Assembly: GCA_964016885.1 (NCBI GenBank)
Contig: OZ024740.1
Span: 241,118,001 to 241,182,000 of the forward strand
Length of the DNA: 64,000 nucleotides
From: Eledone cirrhosa
Lineage: Eukaryota
Direction of reading: 5' to 3'
A model generated the notes under the pieces. The model did not search any database. It saw only the letters and a program-made list of their open reading frames with translations, and was not told the DNA's origin. Positions 12,938 to 29,873 of this stretch are shown here, in pieces. A program made the position numbers and the translations under genes. The first letter of the stretch is position 1, and each line of letters starts with the position of its first letter.

Positions 12938-13266
12938 GCATATATATATATATATATATTTCTGTACAACTACCGTAACTCCTTGGGGAGACGTAGGGGT
13001 GCCGTGCTGTTTGCTCTGATCAGAGCAAACAGCACGGACACTTTATCTCAAAATTATTTTTGAAAAGCATTTAGAAATGCGCAACCGGTAAAAACTTAAA
13101 AACTTAAAACCACAACTGAATACTAACCCATACAATCACTAATACTCTTTTATTCCTAATTAAACCATTTTTCAACTGTGAACAATTTGTCAGCATTTTC
13201 TATTCCGTTTACCAATATATAATAACTTGTGTGTTACACCTCTATTCTTTTAACTATATATATATA

Positions 13267-16192
<2,926 letters not shown>

Positions 16193-16245
16193 TCTAGGCT
16201 TTATATAGTCTGTATGGAGTGTTTATAAAGATGCTATAGTCTATA

Positions 16246-16391
16246 CTAGCAGAATGACCCGGCGTTGCTCGGGATTTGCTCTAGGGTTCTTATATATTTG
16301 ATATATATTTATCCTTATGGAGCCTCGTGAAATAAATACGTTTGTTTATATTTTGTTATTGTGTATGCAAAAATATCTCTACACGAATATA

Positions 16392-16489
<98 letters not shown>

Positions 16490-16602
16490 GGAGATTAAAG
16501 TTTAAGCAAAGAATCGCTGCTTTCACCCTTAACGGGATCTTCTGAACCTAAAAAATCAATCTGTGAACACATAAGTAAATATTTCAAAAAACGTTACACA
16601 CA

Positions 16603-16677
<75 letters not shown>

Positions 16678-17160
16678 TATATATATATATATATAAGTTA
16701 AAACAATGAAATAAAAAATCAAGTCATTAGAGATATACTTCACTGCTTTACAATCGTTTCTAGGTGATGATAATACATTGTAGCTATACTCCGTTATTGA
16801 TCTATGAAAGATTAGTTACAAAATATCAGATAAAGAGAATATTTACTTACATGCATATCACCAGCTGTTTTATATATATATATATAGACACACACTATAT
16901 ATATACATACACACACACACAGCGTCATAATTTCGCAATGCAGACAGTCAGACGTACAGACAGTATAGTATAGTATAGTACAGTATAGTATAGTATAGTA
17001 TTACTGTTGAAAATATATAGTACTAGCAGAATGGCGGGCGTTGCTCGGGATTTGCTCTAGGGTTCTTATATATTTGATATATATTTATCCTTATCGAGCC
17101 TCGTGAAATAAATACGTTTGTTTATAATTTGTTATTATGTATGCAAAAATATCTGTAGAC

Positions 17161-17202
<42 letters not shown>

Positions 17203-17393
17203 TTAATATAGATGAGATTCTACAGGACTAGAACTGTTTCATTCTTTAGAAATCATCAGGAATTCCTGATGATTTCTAAAGAATGAAACAGTTCTAGTCC
17301 TGTAGAATCTCATCTATATTAAAACTTTTATACTCTGCTATGTATTGAGTACCTTACTTACTGTGGTTACCTCCGATTCAACCCGGAATAACG

Positions 17394-17427
<34 letters not shown>

Positions 17428-17539
17428 TAACAGATTAAAGCTTAAGCAAAACATCGCTGCTTTCACCCTTAAAGGAATCTTCTGAACCTAAAAAAATCAA
17501 TCTGTGAACGCAGAAGTAAATATTTAAAAAAAGGTTACA

Positions 17540-17585
<46 letters not shown>

Positions 17586-17594
17586 TATATATAT

Positions 17595-17667
<73 letters not shown>

Positions 17668-17957
17668 GCGCCATAATGTCGGAATGCAGACAGCCAGAGA
17701 TACAGACAGATATTATAAGGGTGCAACGTTATATCTATGTATCTATCTAAAAAGAAAGACTAAGAATTATAGAGAGAGATCGCTAAATCGCCTAATGCGG
17801 TCCCTTGGGCATTGAAAATTCGAATCTTTTTTTGCTCAAAACACTTACAGGACCATAAGTATTACATGTGTAAAGTTTAAAAACAATCGGTTGGGTGATT
17901 CTCGAGTTTTAGGGAGACAGACAGACAGACAGACATTCTCTGTTTAAGATATATAGA
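16246..17957 (-). mobile_element. Tandem non-autonomous Helitrons (3' ends at 16246 and 17023)
   Basis: Minus-strand 3' hairpin cccgagcaacgccggg followed by CTAG; 5' TCTATAT and (GTCT)n at 17915-17957. Confidence 0.78.
17199..17326. ncRNA. Perfect 128-bp palindrome encoding a hammerhead motif on each strand
   Basis: Two 64-nt arms are exact reverse complements centred on ggaattcc. Each strand reads attc-CTGATGA-...-GAAA-cag..ctg-TA-gaat. Confidence 0.75.
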
Positions 17958-19074
17958 TAAAGACTCTAAAATATAGTCTTTCTGTCAGTTAATCAAAGGA
18001 AATAGCCCAGTGCATTACTGGTGCTTTATTTTATCGACCCCGTAAGGATGAAAGGCAAAGTTAACCTCAGGGAGATTTGAACTCAGAACGTAAAGGGCCA
18101 TAACTCTATGCTGCAAAGCATGGTGTCTGATGCTCTACCGATACTGCCATATACGTTTGACAGCAAGGCTCTGAATTGTTTACTGTATAGAGATTATAAT
18201 CTAGAGGTTGGTGTAAAAAAGTGAAGTTCAGTAATGGCTGATCTCTCCTAAATGAGAAACCACGAGAAAGACAAGTCTATCGGGATTGATGAAATTCTAC
18301 TAAACAATAACATTTAAAACATTTTATTGTTTATTTCATACTTTTTCTGTAACGCATGCTTTTAACGTTAATGTTATTTCGTAAAGTAACTCAGTATGTT
18401 AACCTATATAGACTTTTATAACCAAGATATGCTTTTGGTAACGGGATAAAATATTTTTACATATACTCAGTTAATCGACTCCTACACAGCTCGATTTGGC
18501 AGAGTCGTTAGAGCGTTGGACATTTGTTCCGAGTCTCTGCATTGTAGGTTAAAACTTTGCCTTTCACCATTTTGACGTCGATAAAGAAAGGACCAACCCA
18601 GTTCTGGTGTAGCCCTCTCTCCTTCCAGCTTTCACATACTGGATATTTCATTGGATTGAAAGAAGGAAGGGCAAGTGTGTATTTGTGTCTGCTCGTGACT
18701 ACATGGTCACCTAAAACCCTTAGCAAAAGCTTGGTATACACACTACCAAGTCATACTCTATTGCGAATGACGTCTGTAGTTCTAGATTTAAATTGCTTGG
18801 AGCTTTCCGATAATTCTCGCTTATCAGAAATATTTAAAAAAGAGATATTGATTTAAAAAAAAAAAGACATTACATATTCATAATTCTCGTATGATATATA
18901 TTTGTTAAGATGTTAAGTTTGCTTTTAGTAATACAAAGAAATTCCCGTCAATTATAATGATATTGTGATAAAGAATTAGTAGCGATAATTTGCTCTCCTT
19001 TACGTCATGGATACATTAAAACTGACCGTTATCTACACAACTCTAGTAAAAGATGGGATTCACATATTGAAAAT

Positions 19075-19264
19075 AATTGTTTCTACTTTTGGCACAAGGC
19101 CAGCAATTACCCAGTGCATTACTGGTACTTTATTTTATCGACCCCGTAAGGATGAAAGGCAAAGTTAACCTCGGCGGGATTTGAACTCAGAATGGCAAGG
19201 GACGTAACTCTATGCGTCAAAGCATGGCGTCGGACCCTCTACCGATACTGCCAATCCACCGCCC
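19075..19264 (-). mobile_element. SINE, main family, with TSD atattgaaaataat; ~31 nt from the SLC45 donor
   Basis: Full-length copy with TSD. Other copies: 18003-18150(-), 26884-27068(-), 28235-28425(-), 41838-42022(-), 43722-43910(-), 44145-44290(+), 45394-45581(-), 50930-51037(-), 60564-60751(-), 14970-15030(+). Confidence 0.92.
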
Positions 19265-19295
19265 TATATTGAAAATAATAATATATAATACTCAC

Positions 19296-19471
19296 TTGTC
19301 CTGTCGTATGGTAATGTGCCACCAGGAGATAAGGCATCGTAAATAATGTAGAATACATGATTCCGGCCGAGGGAGACATCAAAATTACCATTATCGGGTG
19401 TCTGGATAACGCTAAGATAACCATGCCCAAACTATATGCAAGTTGTCCACAAACATAAACGGTACGAGCTT
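19296..19471 (-). CDS. SLC45A: SLC45 transporter, next coding exon (KARTVYVCGQLAYSLGM...STLFTMPYLLVAHYHTTGQ)
   Basis: Acceptor TTACAG|AA completes the upstream phase-1 codon (A+AA=Lys). The exon is 176 bp and ends at phase-0 donor |GTGAGT. The peptide matches late SLC45 TM segments (YSTLFTMPYLLVAHYH). Confidence 0.92.
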
Positions 19472-19514
19472 CTGTAATAATAACAATAATAGTATAAGTA
19501 GTAGCAGAAGTAAT

Positions 19515-22500
19515 AATGCTTTCTTTATTAACCACAAGGGTTGACATAAAGTATAACATTAAGGACAGGACAGGACAATACAGGACGGTACAAATGGGCA
19601 TTTCTGCATGCAAAGAAAAAATAATAACAAAGGAGATTAAAAGAAAAATGAAACAAAGGAAAATTCCCCAATAGGGAAGATTCTTCCGAGGATCATTCTG
19701 ACCACCAGGGCAAGATCCCTCTTCCAGTTTTCCACCTCCAATCTACAGGCGCATACTCAGAGCAGGAACATTCAGTCGGGCCATGCTTGCCTCTCTCATC
19801 CATCTTTCAACAAATTGCTAGGAAGGGAGCACTTCCCTCTCCACCCTGATTTTCCTTTTCAAATGAAATTTTTAAAAGATAATCAGAGCATCGCTGATTA
19901 TCAGCCCTTTCAAACGCATCCACCACACGACCTCTTTCGCCATGGCCACCAGACAGATAAAAACTGTCTGCCCTTCCCGGCTAAAGGAAAGTGGCAGGGC
20001 AATCCTCATGATGGACTCAGCTGATATCCGGATCCTTCCTACACGTGACAGCAGGTTTTCGACATAAACCCACAAGTCAGCAATGCTCGGACACTGGACG
20101 AGTGCATGCACGACGGTTTCGTCGCCCTGCGCGCATCTCGGACAGGCCCGGCTGACGGCACTTCCATGCCTGTAGAGTTTATCCCGAACTGGCAAAGCTA
20201 CCCGGTAGCACTGCCAGGCCAGAGATTTCTGGAAAGTGAAGTGCCTCGGGCCGAAAGTTCTCCCGAAGAGATTGGCTAGTTGATTTTCGTCGACGCCCAG
20301 AGTCTCCTCAAAGACATTGTCGCACTTCCTACCACTAACCCTCTATAGAACGCCAAGGTGAGAGTTTCCACCGATCGCATCGCTCAATTGGTCGAGGGCT
20401 GTAAGCGCTTGAAAACCTTCCAAGATCCAAGTACTCCCTCTTGGTCTTCGCTTGACCCTGGACTGCAGCTCCGTCAAGGAAACTAGCTGGGGAAACATGC
20501 ATCTAGCAAACGGTGACCACACCTGTTCACCGTCGAGGAATAGGTGGAGATGCCGTAGCTTGAGCATATGTTTGCGCATCATCAGCCACAACATGCCCAG
20601 CCCTCCACATAGCGGGTATTGACTACAGATGGACCGCCTGACTATCGGAGCGCATCCCTTCCACAAAAAGCGAAAGAGCAAACGCCCCAGCGGAATCAGG
20701 CGAGGCTTTGGACGGTCAGGCGGTAGTAGATGACGGACGCGATGTACGCGTTTGTCACCTCTCGGCGCATTTCTGCGTGAGAGAGGCCACCGTGTTCGTC
20801 ACCTCGTCCCAGAATTTTCTCGTCTGGAGGTCCGGACCGAACGAGACCCTAGCAATTTAACCGGTTCGTCCGTCAAACGCCCGACGACGCTGTTGAACGG
20901 AATGGACCTGCCTTTCCAGGTGCCGAGCCGCAGGCCCACCGACTTTTCCTGGTTAATCATTGCTCCTGTCACCACCTCGTATTCGCTTAGTGTAGTGCCA
21001 ATCGCCTCGATATGTTTGGCGCTCGACATCACTACGGTGACGTCGTCGGCATATGCTGACACGGTTCTCCCGCATCCTAGTTCGCGCGGGACTCCCCTCA
21101 ATGTCTCCAGTTTGTGCAGTAATGGCTCGAGAGTCAATACGTACAACAAAGACGAGGGGGGGGGGGATATTCTTGGCGGACCGAGTGCATGATATTGAAT
21201 GGTTCTGAAAGGTGACCGTTCACTCTCACCACAGAGCAGTTGTCGCTGTGCATGGCAGCGATCCAGCCTCTAAGACGGGCCCAAAGCCGCCCGCAGGACC
21301 GCTGCGAGATAACGATGGTCGACCCTATCGAAAGCTTTCGACTGATATAAATTGATCAATGCCCCACCTGCGCCAGATCGTTAGCTACCCTTTCCGCCTT
21401 TCCACGATGTATTTCATGGGTGGAGCTTGTCATGGATGGATCTGTCTTGAATGGCGCATGTATCTGTACCTCTCCCACCAGACCACCGACGACAAGCGCC
21501 TACCTCTTTGCTAAAACCTTGCCCAAAATCTTGAACTCTGCGTTTTCTATGTTGTTTCCCGTATCGTTTCCTTTCTCAGAAGCATCACCGCTCTTCGGCT
21601 CACAGAGCTGGGAATTCTCCTGTTCTGTTGCCAGTTGCAGTAGACCTCCGCCAAGAGCTCACCGAACAAATCTGGCATGTGTACGTAAAGCTCGTAGAGT
21701 AGACCATCTAAACTAGGTGATTCAGCCATCGTACAGTCAGTCACTGTCTCGCATACTTCAGCAGCTGTTATCACCTTTTCGCAATACTCTGCCTCAGTGG
21801 CCGAGAGCCGCGGCAGACCATCGAGAGAGACGCTAAAGTCCATCCTGCGATCCGACCCACCGCTGCCCCTGAACAGCTGAGCGAAATGTTGCTTAAAAGC
21901 CACACACGCATTTGCCCGGGTATGAATAACATGCGCCCGTCGAGGTCCTCCAAATACCGGAACGTGGCTTTGTTGCATCGACACGCCTCCGCTACTCAGG
22001 CCCATCCAACGGCTTTCGTCCCCTCGTATCTGAGAGCACGCACCCTAGCTCTGACAACGCATCCTTCGTGCTTTGCGTTGAAGAATTGGTCGAGGGCCAA
22101 TTTCGCCACAAGCACGTCGGTCGCGATACCTTTATTAAGCGCCTCGTTTAATTTTCTAACGAGTTCTCTCTCTGTTCTATTTTTCTCTATTGCGAACGAC
22201 TTACTAAACATAATGGATTCTATTCTATTCACTCTTTTCAGGGCGAACCACCATTTGTTGTTGGCGACTGGTCTCGTTAACGCCCGCTTAACTAGTTCTC
22301 TGATTCGGTCTCTGTAGACTTTGCGTACCGTGAGCGACGCGTTTAACTTCCATTTTAGCTTCCCTGTTTATAAAGCCTATCTACGTCGATCACACAGATC
22401 ACGAATTATTGTCCATGTCGTCGACTATCTTGAATTGTGGACAACCTATGCTAGACCTATCTATTTCCCTATAAAATACTCTATCTAGATACGATCTGGA

Positions 22501-23985
22501 TGACCCGATGCAGTTTGACCATGTCCACATTGGCACATTGGGGAAATCCAGACGGTACCTGTCAGACAGTTGAAAACGTGTGAGCAGGATTGCGAGGCTT
22601 TTACATTCTTCTACCCTATCCGCTAGTCCCACACAGTCCCAGCGTGAATCCAAGATCCCGTTTTTCAGTCGCCTACTAACACTAAAGAGCGCGACGTTCC
22701 AAGAAAGGTCACCAGGAACCGGAAGAAGTAATGCCATCCTGCCCCTGTCAGTTTGTTGACGGTCACTGGTCTGAAAGCGTGTCCTTCCAGACTTCTCCGG
22801 AACAACACGCCCCCCCCCGATCTGGGACGGGTTGGAGATGTATACACCTCGTAGCCGCCGAAAATGGGTGCGAATGCCCGTGCCTCGGAGATTCTGGTCT
22901 CGCTGATAGCCACCACATCTATGTTCAGCGACCCGAGATCGTTGAGCAGGTGGCCCTGCTTCCAAGACTACCACAGGCCACCTGCATTTATACTGCCTAT
23001 CCTGAGAGAACGCATGTTGGATAAGATAGGAGGAAAACAAATGAGAGGGGAAAAATAAAAAAACTTTACCTTTGTTTTTTTTTAGGAAGTGGGTGGGTGA
23101 TCTATCCCTCCGACCAGTGGTGGAGTTCTCCACGAGAATGTCAGAGTATATTCTTTTGGTGAGGTTCCCTCGATAGTCACCAATTGCCGCGGGGAACTTT
23201 TTCTTTAGTTTTGGTGTTAGTCTTCTGAGAGATTTCAATTATTTTTTTATGTGCGTGGGAGGTGCAATTTTGTTGGTTTGAATGTAACTTGTTTCTGTGA
23301 AGTTGGTGTTGTGCTGTATGTAATTTAGGAGTTTTATTGTCTGCGTCTATAGCTGTGTATTGTATTGTGTCTGCTTTTGGGATGTTACTTTTTGTGTTTT
23401 CTGTGGTGTTCCGGGAGGTGACGATAGGTTTGATGATAATGATGGTAGTGGTGACGGTGTCAGTGGTGTGGGTGGTGGTAGTGATGGTGTTGGTGGTTGT
23501 GGAGGTGTGGCTGTTGAGGGTGATGGTGATGGGGGGCGTTGAGGTCTTGATTTTTTTGTTCTTTTCCTCCTCAGTTTTTTTTTCTGAGGTCGAAGGTAGG
23601 GAGTTCTTTCTTTTCTTTTTTGCTCCTACAGTTTTCCACCCTTCAGCGTCATCACACACTCTGTCCGATTTCGTGATATCGAGAAGGGGAATGCTCTCTA
23701 TTGGCCTTGTTGGCGCTGTTGGTGGTGGAGATGGTGTTTTGTCGTTGGTGTCGCCGGGTGCTGGTAGTTTTTCCGCCACTGCGGCCTCGGGTGTCTTGGC
23801 CACTCCAGTCACTGGCACGGCGTAGGGAGAAGAGGGGAGCGCGTGTCCGCCTTGGTGAGTTTGGTGCAGAAGGCCTTTAGGTGCATTTTGTCACCGCACC
23901 CGTTACACCTCTGGCGTCTACCTTCAATCACGGGCAGATGGCTGCCGCCCGCCAGGTCGATCATTTCGGGGATGGCACCAGTAAT
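19515..23985 (-). mobile_element. 5'-truncated, frameshifted Tx1/L1-clade LINE (ORF1 C-terminus + APE-RT ORF2)
   Basis: ORF1 knuckle CNGCGDKMHLKAFC; APE fragments (VAISET, LVLVGD, SRSYLDRV); RT (SPSLDGL, LEPLL, SAYADD); FLWKG...GGLG; C-terminal CPRC...ETVVHAL..CP; AATAAA at 19524-19529. Confidence 0.92.
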
Positions 23986-25612
23986 GCAATGCATTTATTA
24001 CTACTTTCAGGGCGCATTCATTCATATTGCTAATAATAGCAACGAAAACAATAATAATTCTCATTATCGTTTATTTATCTATCCCTATTCTATATCATGA
24101 ACGACAAACAGAATTGTGAAGGCCGATTTTAATTTAATTATAATCTGATTTGGATATAGGTTTACAATTTCAATGAAATATATTTTTCATTTTCATTGAA
24201 AATAATCGTACAAATAATTGTTAAAGTGGTTAAAAGTATCCAAGGAAACAGAAATGGTGGCCATACAGCGCTTTCATCTTGAATTTCATGTTCCTCATTA
24301 GCGTCCATTGTTGTATATAAGGAATTGCATGTTGTTTGAAAATTTAATCAATGAAAATTTCGATTATATGAATCAGATATTGATGGAATTCAAAACTTGG
24401 CATTACTCGTAGGTGTCCTTTTTATGTGTTGGCACTCATCCTAGATATCAAAAACGTTTGGTTTGACTGAAATTCAAGCCATGTTCCTATAATCCCACTA
24501 ATTTGACAGAGTAATCTCAGTTTCTTATAAGCAAACGATATCAAAGTGGTTATATTTTATTTGAAAATATGGTGTTAGTGATGAAGAAAATTGGAACATA
24601 ATATATTCATAAATTGGGTCGTAACCTATTTAATCGATCACAATAAATTTTTCGTATTTTATCACGAAGCGATAAAAAACGAGATTCGAACCTGAAACGT
24701 ATATTGATGAAAGTGATCAATCCGACACACTACCTCTTCTGAGATCCAATGCAATTAATCTATATTAATAATCTGCTGGTCATGAAGAGTGTTGTGATGA
24801 TGCATTTTTGAATTCTTTAATGTAATGAAATAAGTGCGACTGTTACGTTTTAAAAATACTTCAACTATGGATCCAAGTTAAAGACAAAATCGGAATCTTT
24901 AACATAATGAAATAAGTTTGTGTGCCATGCTTTAAACAACCTTAACTATGGAACGAAATTCCTAAATTCCTTTCATCCGTTAACAACAATTAAACTCGTC
25001 GTTTCGTGTTTTGCATTGAGAGTGTGTGTCTAGCACAGTTTCATGAAAGATTTGCATTTACAACATTTACTGAAATGCATTCGATACCGTATCACACTTT
25101 CGGATACTGGAGATACCTCATTTAATAAAACAGCTCCAAATGCTGTTCATCAATCATATCATGTCAAAAGGAAAAACAACCATATTTTTACAAGGTAAAA
25201 AAAGATGATTAAAATTAGCCATATACACATAAGAAAAGGAATTTTCCAGAAAGACACCTTGTCACCCCCTACGCATCTACTCAGCTGTGGTCTCATTAAG
25301 AAATCTACTGAATGAAACTACCACTAAGTATGACTAATATGGTTAAAATATAACCCATTTTCGTTATATGGATAATTTAAAAAAGTATTTACTAGGTATA
25401 ATACCCACCTGTAGAAAGAGAACCATTTTCTTTGTTTTATTATATTCCTTATTACGTTATTCAGTTTCTTTTTTCTTGGTTCTAAATATTTTTCTAGTCC
25501 CATAGTTGTTATTTTAAAATAGGTTCTATTTGCATTAAGTCCCGTTCTTCTTTTGTGCGCAGTGAGAATATCTGTATAAACTTTATAACGGTAGTTTCAC
25601 ACCAATGTAAGT

Positions 25613-25939
25613 AGAGAAAGTCCCCAACATACGAACGAGTTACGTTCCAAGAGGCCGTTCGTTAGATGATTTGTTTGTAAGTTGATCGACTAACACAGTA
25701 AGTACCAGTAAACCCATATATGTTACATTGATACTGCAGGTTTTCCATATTAGTGACATATATATACACAGTATATAGAGGTATATATAACATGCAATAA
25801 TGAATTTAAATCCTGTAAAGCTAATGACAATAAACTGTTAAAGAAAAAGTATTTCTACAATTCTTTTTTTTCTTAGTGAGACTGTTCGAATCGACGGAAG
25901 TTCGTAAGTAGGATGTTCGTAAAGTGGGGACTTACTGTA
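25613..25939. mobile_element. Tigger/pogo-like MITE
   Basis: TIRs (ag)aaagtccccaacatacgaac / gttcgtaaagtggggacttactg followed by TA. Confidence 0.65.
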
Positions 25940-26673
25940 GTATCCTAATTTTTCTGTTTAAGATCTTTAACTCACTTCCAGTTTATTATCTTGAAGCTAT
26001 AGCATGTGGTTGGGATGGCTAATGCGTTTCTACCTATCAAACTTATTTCTAGTATTGAGTTTAATTCGGCTCTTCTGTTGATCTTATTTCAATTCTTTTT
26101 TCTTCGTTTCTGTTGTATCATTTACATCTGAATATGTATGTTTCTAATCTAATTCTCTGTGTACGAATACAATTTAATGTTCTGAATTATAGAAGCTTTG
26201 TTACATTTTTCTTGTCTCGTACTCATTTTTATATTAGCCGAATTCACAGCTTATCATCCCATAACTTATTTGATACCAAGTGTAGACTAGTCAACCGATA
26301 CAATGAAACAATTGACCACAATATGTCAGGCTGTCTAGTCCTTGCAATATCTCAGTGCATTCGTTATTACGATCGAGTCGACAGCAATGTCTGCTGACCA
26401 ATATGCTGACGGTTAAGAAAACGGATAAGAAGTGATATAAAACATGTGCCAAACATGCTACATGACAACAATCTGGCAGCACTCACCTGAAATGCATCTG
26501 TTCCGATTAACAAAGGGAAAGAAGAGAATCATCCATATAGAATTATCAAGGAATGGAAAAACAGTGTATGCATAAAAGTAAGTTAATTTTTCATGAGGAT
26601 TGAACAAATTTAGCGTTTCGGATATTTGTCCTTTTTCTTTAGAGAGAGAGTGAGAGAGAGAGAGATGGCGCGC

Positions 26674-26751
<78 letters not shown>

Positions 26752-28436
26752 GAGTTAGAGAGAGAGAATATAGAGCCTTTATGTTCGCCGCAAAATTGAG
26801 GACGAAAAGTTGAAAGAAATGAAGGATCGGGGTGGAGGCATAGACGAGTGGAGAGAAAGAGAAAGTGTGAGAAGATATTAATAATTATTTCTACTTTTAG
26901 GCACAAGACCAGCAATTACCCAGTGCATTACTGGTACTTTATTTTATCGACCCCGTAAGGATGAAAGGCAAAGTCAACCTCGGTGGGATTTGAACTCAGA
27001 TCGTAAAGGGACGTAACTATGCTGGAAAGCATGGCGTCCGACCCTCTACCGATACTGCCAATCCACCGAGAAGATATTAATAATGTAGGAACTACATATG
27101 AGAAAATGTAGTAATGGTATACAAAATAGAAAGCGTAATGGACAATACTAGTCCTACCTGGATCTTCGGTCTCTCCACAACAAAGAAAAATAGACTACAA
27201 GGACCACAAAATAGTGGACTGCACATCTTAACTAGTGGTACACAGTCCACACTCACAGACCACCTATGCAGCGTAACAAACATACTAAAACTGAAAGACT
27301 GTATAAAAAAAGGCCCCACACGGTCACGAATGACGATGGTTTTGCACCTAGAAAGTTTCCCTCCGAGGCACAAGCCTGGACAAGGTTTGTTTTGTGGGAG
27401 ACCAGCAGCTTCCCATGTATACCAGCATCCCCTTTCCACGCCACCGATGTTGTTCAAGGGGAAGGCTATGGCCGATACAGCTTGGCACCAGTGACGTCGC
27501 AACTCATTTCTACAGCTGTGTGCACTGAAGCAACGTGAAATAAAGTGTCTTGCTCAAGGACACAACGCATCACCCGGTCCGAGAATCGAACTCACAACCT
27601 CTCAATTGCAAGCCGAATGCTCTAATCACTAAGCCATGCGCCATCACATATAGCCATATAGCCACGCGAGAAACTCAGTTTGTTGCTGCAAACAAGCCTC
27701 AACCTCGACAATTTCTGTCATCATATGAAAAATCACATCAAATCATCCAAACATATATATAAAACTTCAGATCGCTACTATAACAACACCCACAGAACAC
27801 TATCTCAAACTCACAAAAATAGTTGCAACATTAATAAACTAAATGATGATTCAGTTTTTGGTGTTTTCATTATTGGATGTTTTCTTGTTCCTTGGATGAT
27901 TTGAGAAATTACAAAAATACGCAGGATTACGCAAAAAAGGTGTAAGATTTGATAGAGATACGAAATGACAATAACAATTGTTGTAACCGAAAGCTCGTTT
28001 GGAATAGCCAATTTTGATTTTCAATTGTAACCATTTCCCCCTTATCAGCAGTTAGAACGGCAAGAACGCCATGTACATATATTTCTCCGCTCATCCATCA
28101 AGTTGAGGCTTTGTGCTTTTGTAATAAAGGAATATATCATAAGTAAAATTGAGCGGTATAGTCCAAGAGGCAAGAATCAGAAGTCTTAACGGAAGTCAAT
28201 TGAAAACATTGAACAGCATTAATGTATTATTTGTAATTGTTTCTACTTTTGGAACAAGTCCAGCAATTATCCCAATGAATTACTGGTACTTTATTTTATC
28301 GACCTCGTAAGGATGAAAGGCAAAGTTAACCTCGGCGGGATTTGAACTTAGACCGTAAAGGTCCCTAACTCTATCCTGCAAAACATGGCGTCCGACCCAC
28401 TACCGATACTGCCAATCTACCGCCCTTTATTTATAA

Positions 28437-29873
28437 CTAGCTGGCTCGTCCGGCTGGCGCTCCGCTAGGTATACAGGCATTTTATCTTTTTAGGAATCCC
28501 CCTTCCACTCCAGTGCAAAGATACCGCACGCCCTCTCAAGTCTGCGAGGTGTGTGTGTGAGTCGGGGGGGGGGGGGGGGGGGGGTAACGTGCTCTGATGT
28601 TGGGTTTGAATAGTTTTTAGGATTCCCCTGTTCAGCAGCCAGTATGTTAAAGAAAATTGATAGTTACAACAATAAAGGCTGAACAGAGAACACATTTTTT
28701 AACAAACAATAATTTGTACAACCATAATGGAAATTCCAAGTAACAGAAAATATTTAAATGACATTGTTAGAGCCTCAGAGTATACAATATTTTTTGTTCG
28801 GCCCTCCGGAGCAAAGATGAAGAGATTGTTTGGCGAGCTCACCCTAGACCATCCTACATACAATTGACCACGAGAGAAGCACTGATCTCATAGCTCGTCT
28901 CACGGAGAAGCTCTGTAGACGTTGACCTCTGGACACTCCTGTCAGGAGCAGGTAAGTTGTAGTGACTTAGAGGCCTACCACCAATCTCCAGGACACTGTT
29001 TTCAAGACAAATGAGTGCCTCATTGAAAACGACATCGTATGTTACGTCTGGATTGTGTCTGCGTGTGTGGTGGAGGATGTCCTCAGCTAGACTTTCAGGG
29101 TGGTTGCTCCACATTGCGGGAGGGTCGGCGAGATCGCAGTTGTGCAGCATAATAGCAAAAAGTTTTCACAGCTGAGAAAGGACTTTAGCAGTTGCTGTTT
29201 CTTGCAGGGTGAGGTGCCAATGTCTGTCATCGTGTAACATACCACGCATCTGGCAAGCCAAACGGTAAGTGGAACATTGATGGCCATTGATGGTTCTCAG
29301 ATCTTGGAAAGACTGTTGTCCTCTAACCTCGAACAGTAACAATGACGGTAAGCCGTCTGTGCTTTCGTGAAATAAATAGGTTTTTGTTTTTGTGTATGCA
29401 AAAATATCTGTACACGAATATATATATTAAAATAACAGATTAAAGTTTAAGAAAAGGCTTTCACCCTCAACGGGATCTTCTGAAACAAAAAAAAAATCAA
29501 TCTGTGAACGCAGAAGTAAATATTTCGAAAAACGTTATCTAATGCAGACAGCCAGACACAAAGAGACATATTATAAGGGCGCTACGTTATAGCAATATAT
29601 CTATCCAAAAAGACAGACTAAGAAAAAGAGGGGAATGTTGTGCGACACGACATCATAAGAAAAAGTGAGGAATGTCGTATAACCGGAAGTGTTGACATTT
29701 GAAATTTTAAAGAAATGTATATTTAAATAATGTCTTTAATCTTTTAACAAAATTCAGTAGACAAAACTACCCTCACTTTACTTGGAAAATCTATGGTGCA
29801 AATTTGGTGCTGTTTGGTCCAGCCGTTTGGCAAAAAGTTTGTCAGCTGTCAGCTGTCAGCTTTATATTATAGA
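28437..29873 (-). mobile_element. Internally deleted Helitron with Rep/Helicase remnants
   Basis: 5' TC and 3' CTAG inserted between A and T. Minus-strand peptides SFQDLRTINGHQCSTYRLAC..DDRHW..LFAIMLHNC..DPPAMW..LAEDIL and CFSRGQLYVGWSRV...TKNIVYSEAL are typical of Helitron Rep/Hel. Confidence 0.9.

Noticed and set aside
23337-23825. Hydrophobic 162-aa plus-strand ORF
   Set aside because: Antisense shadow of the Thr/Lys-rich LINE ORF1 tail.
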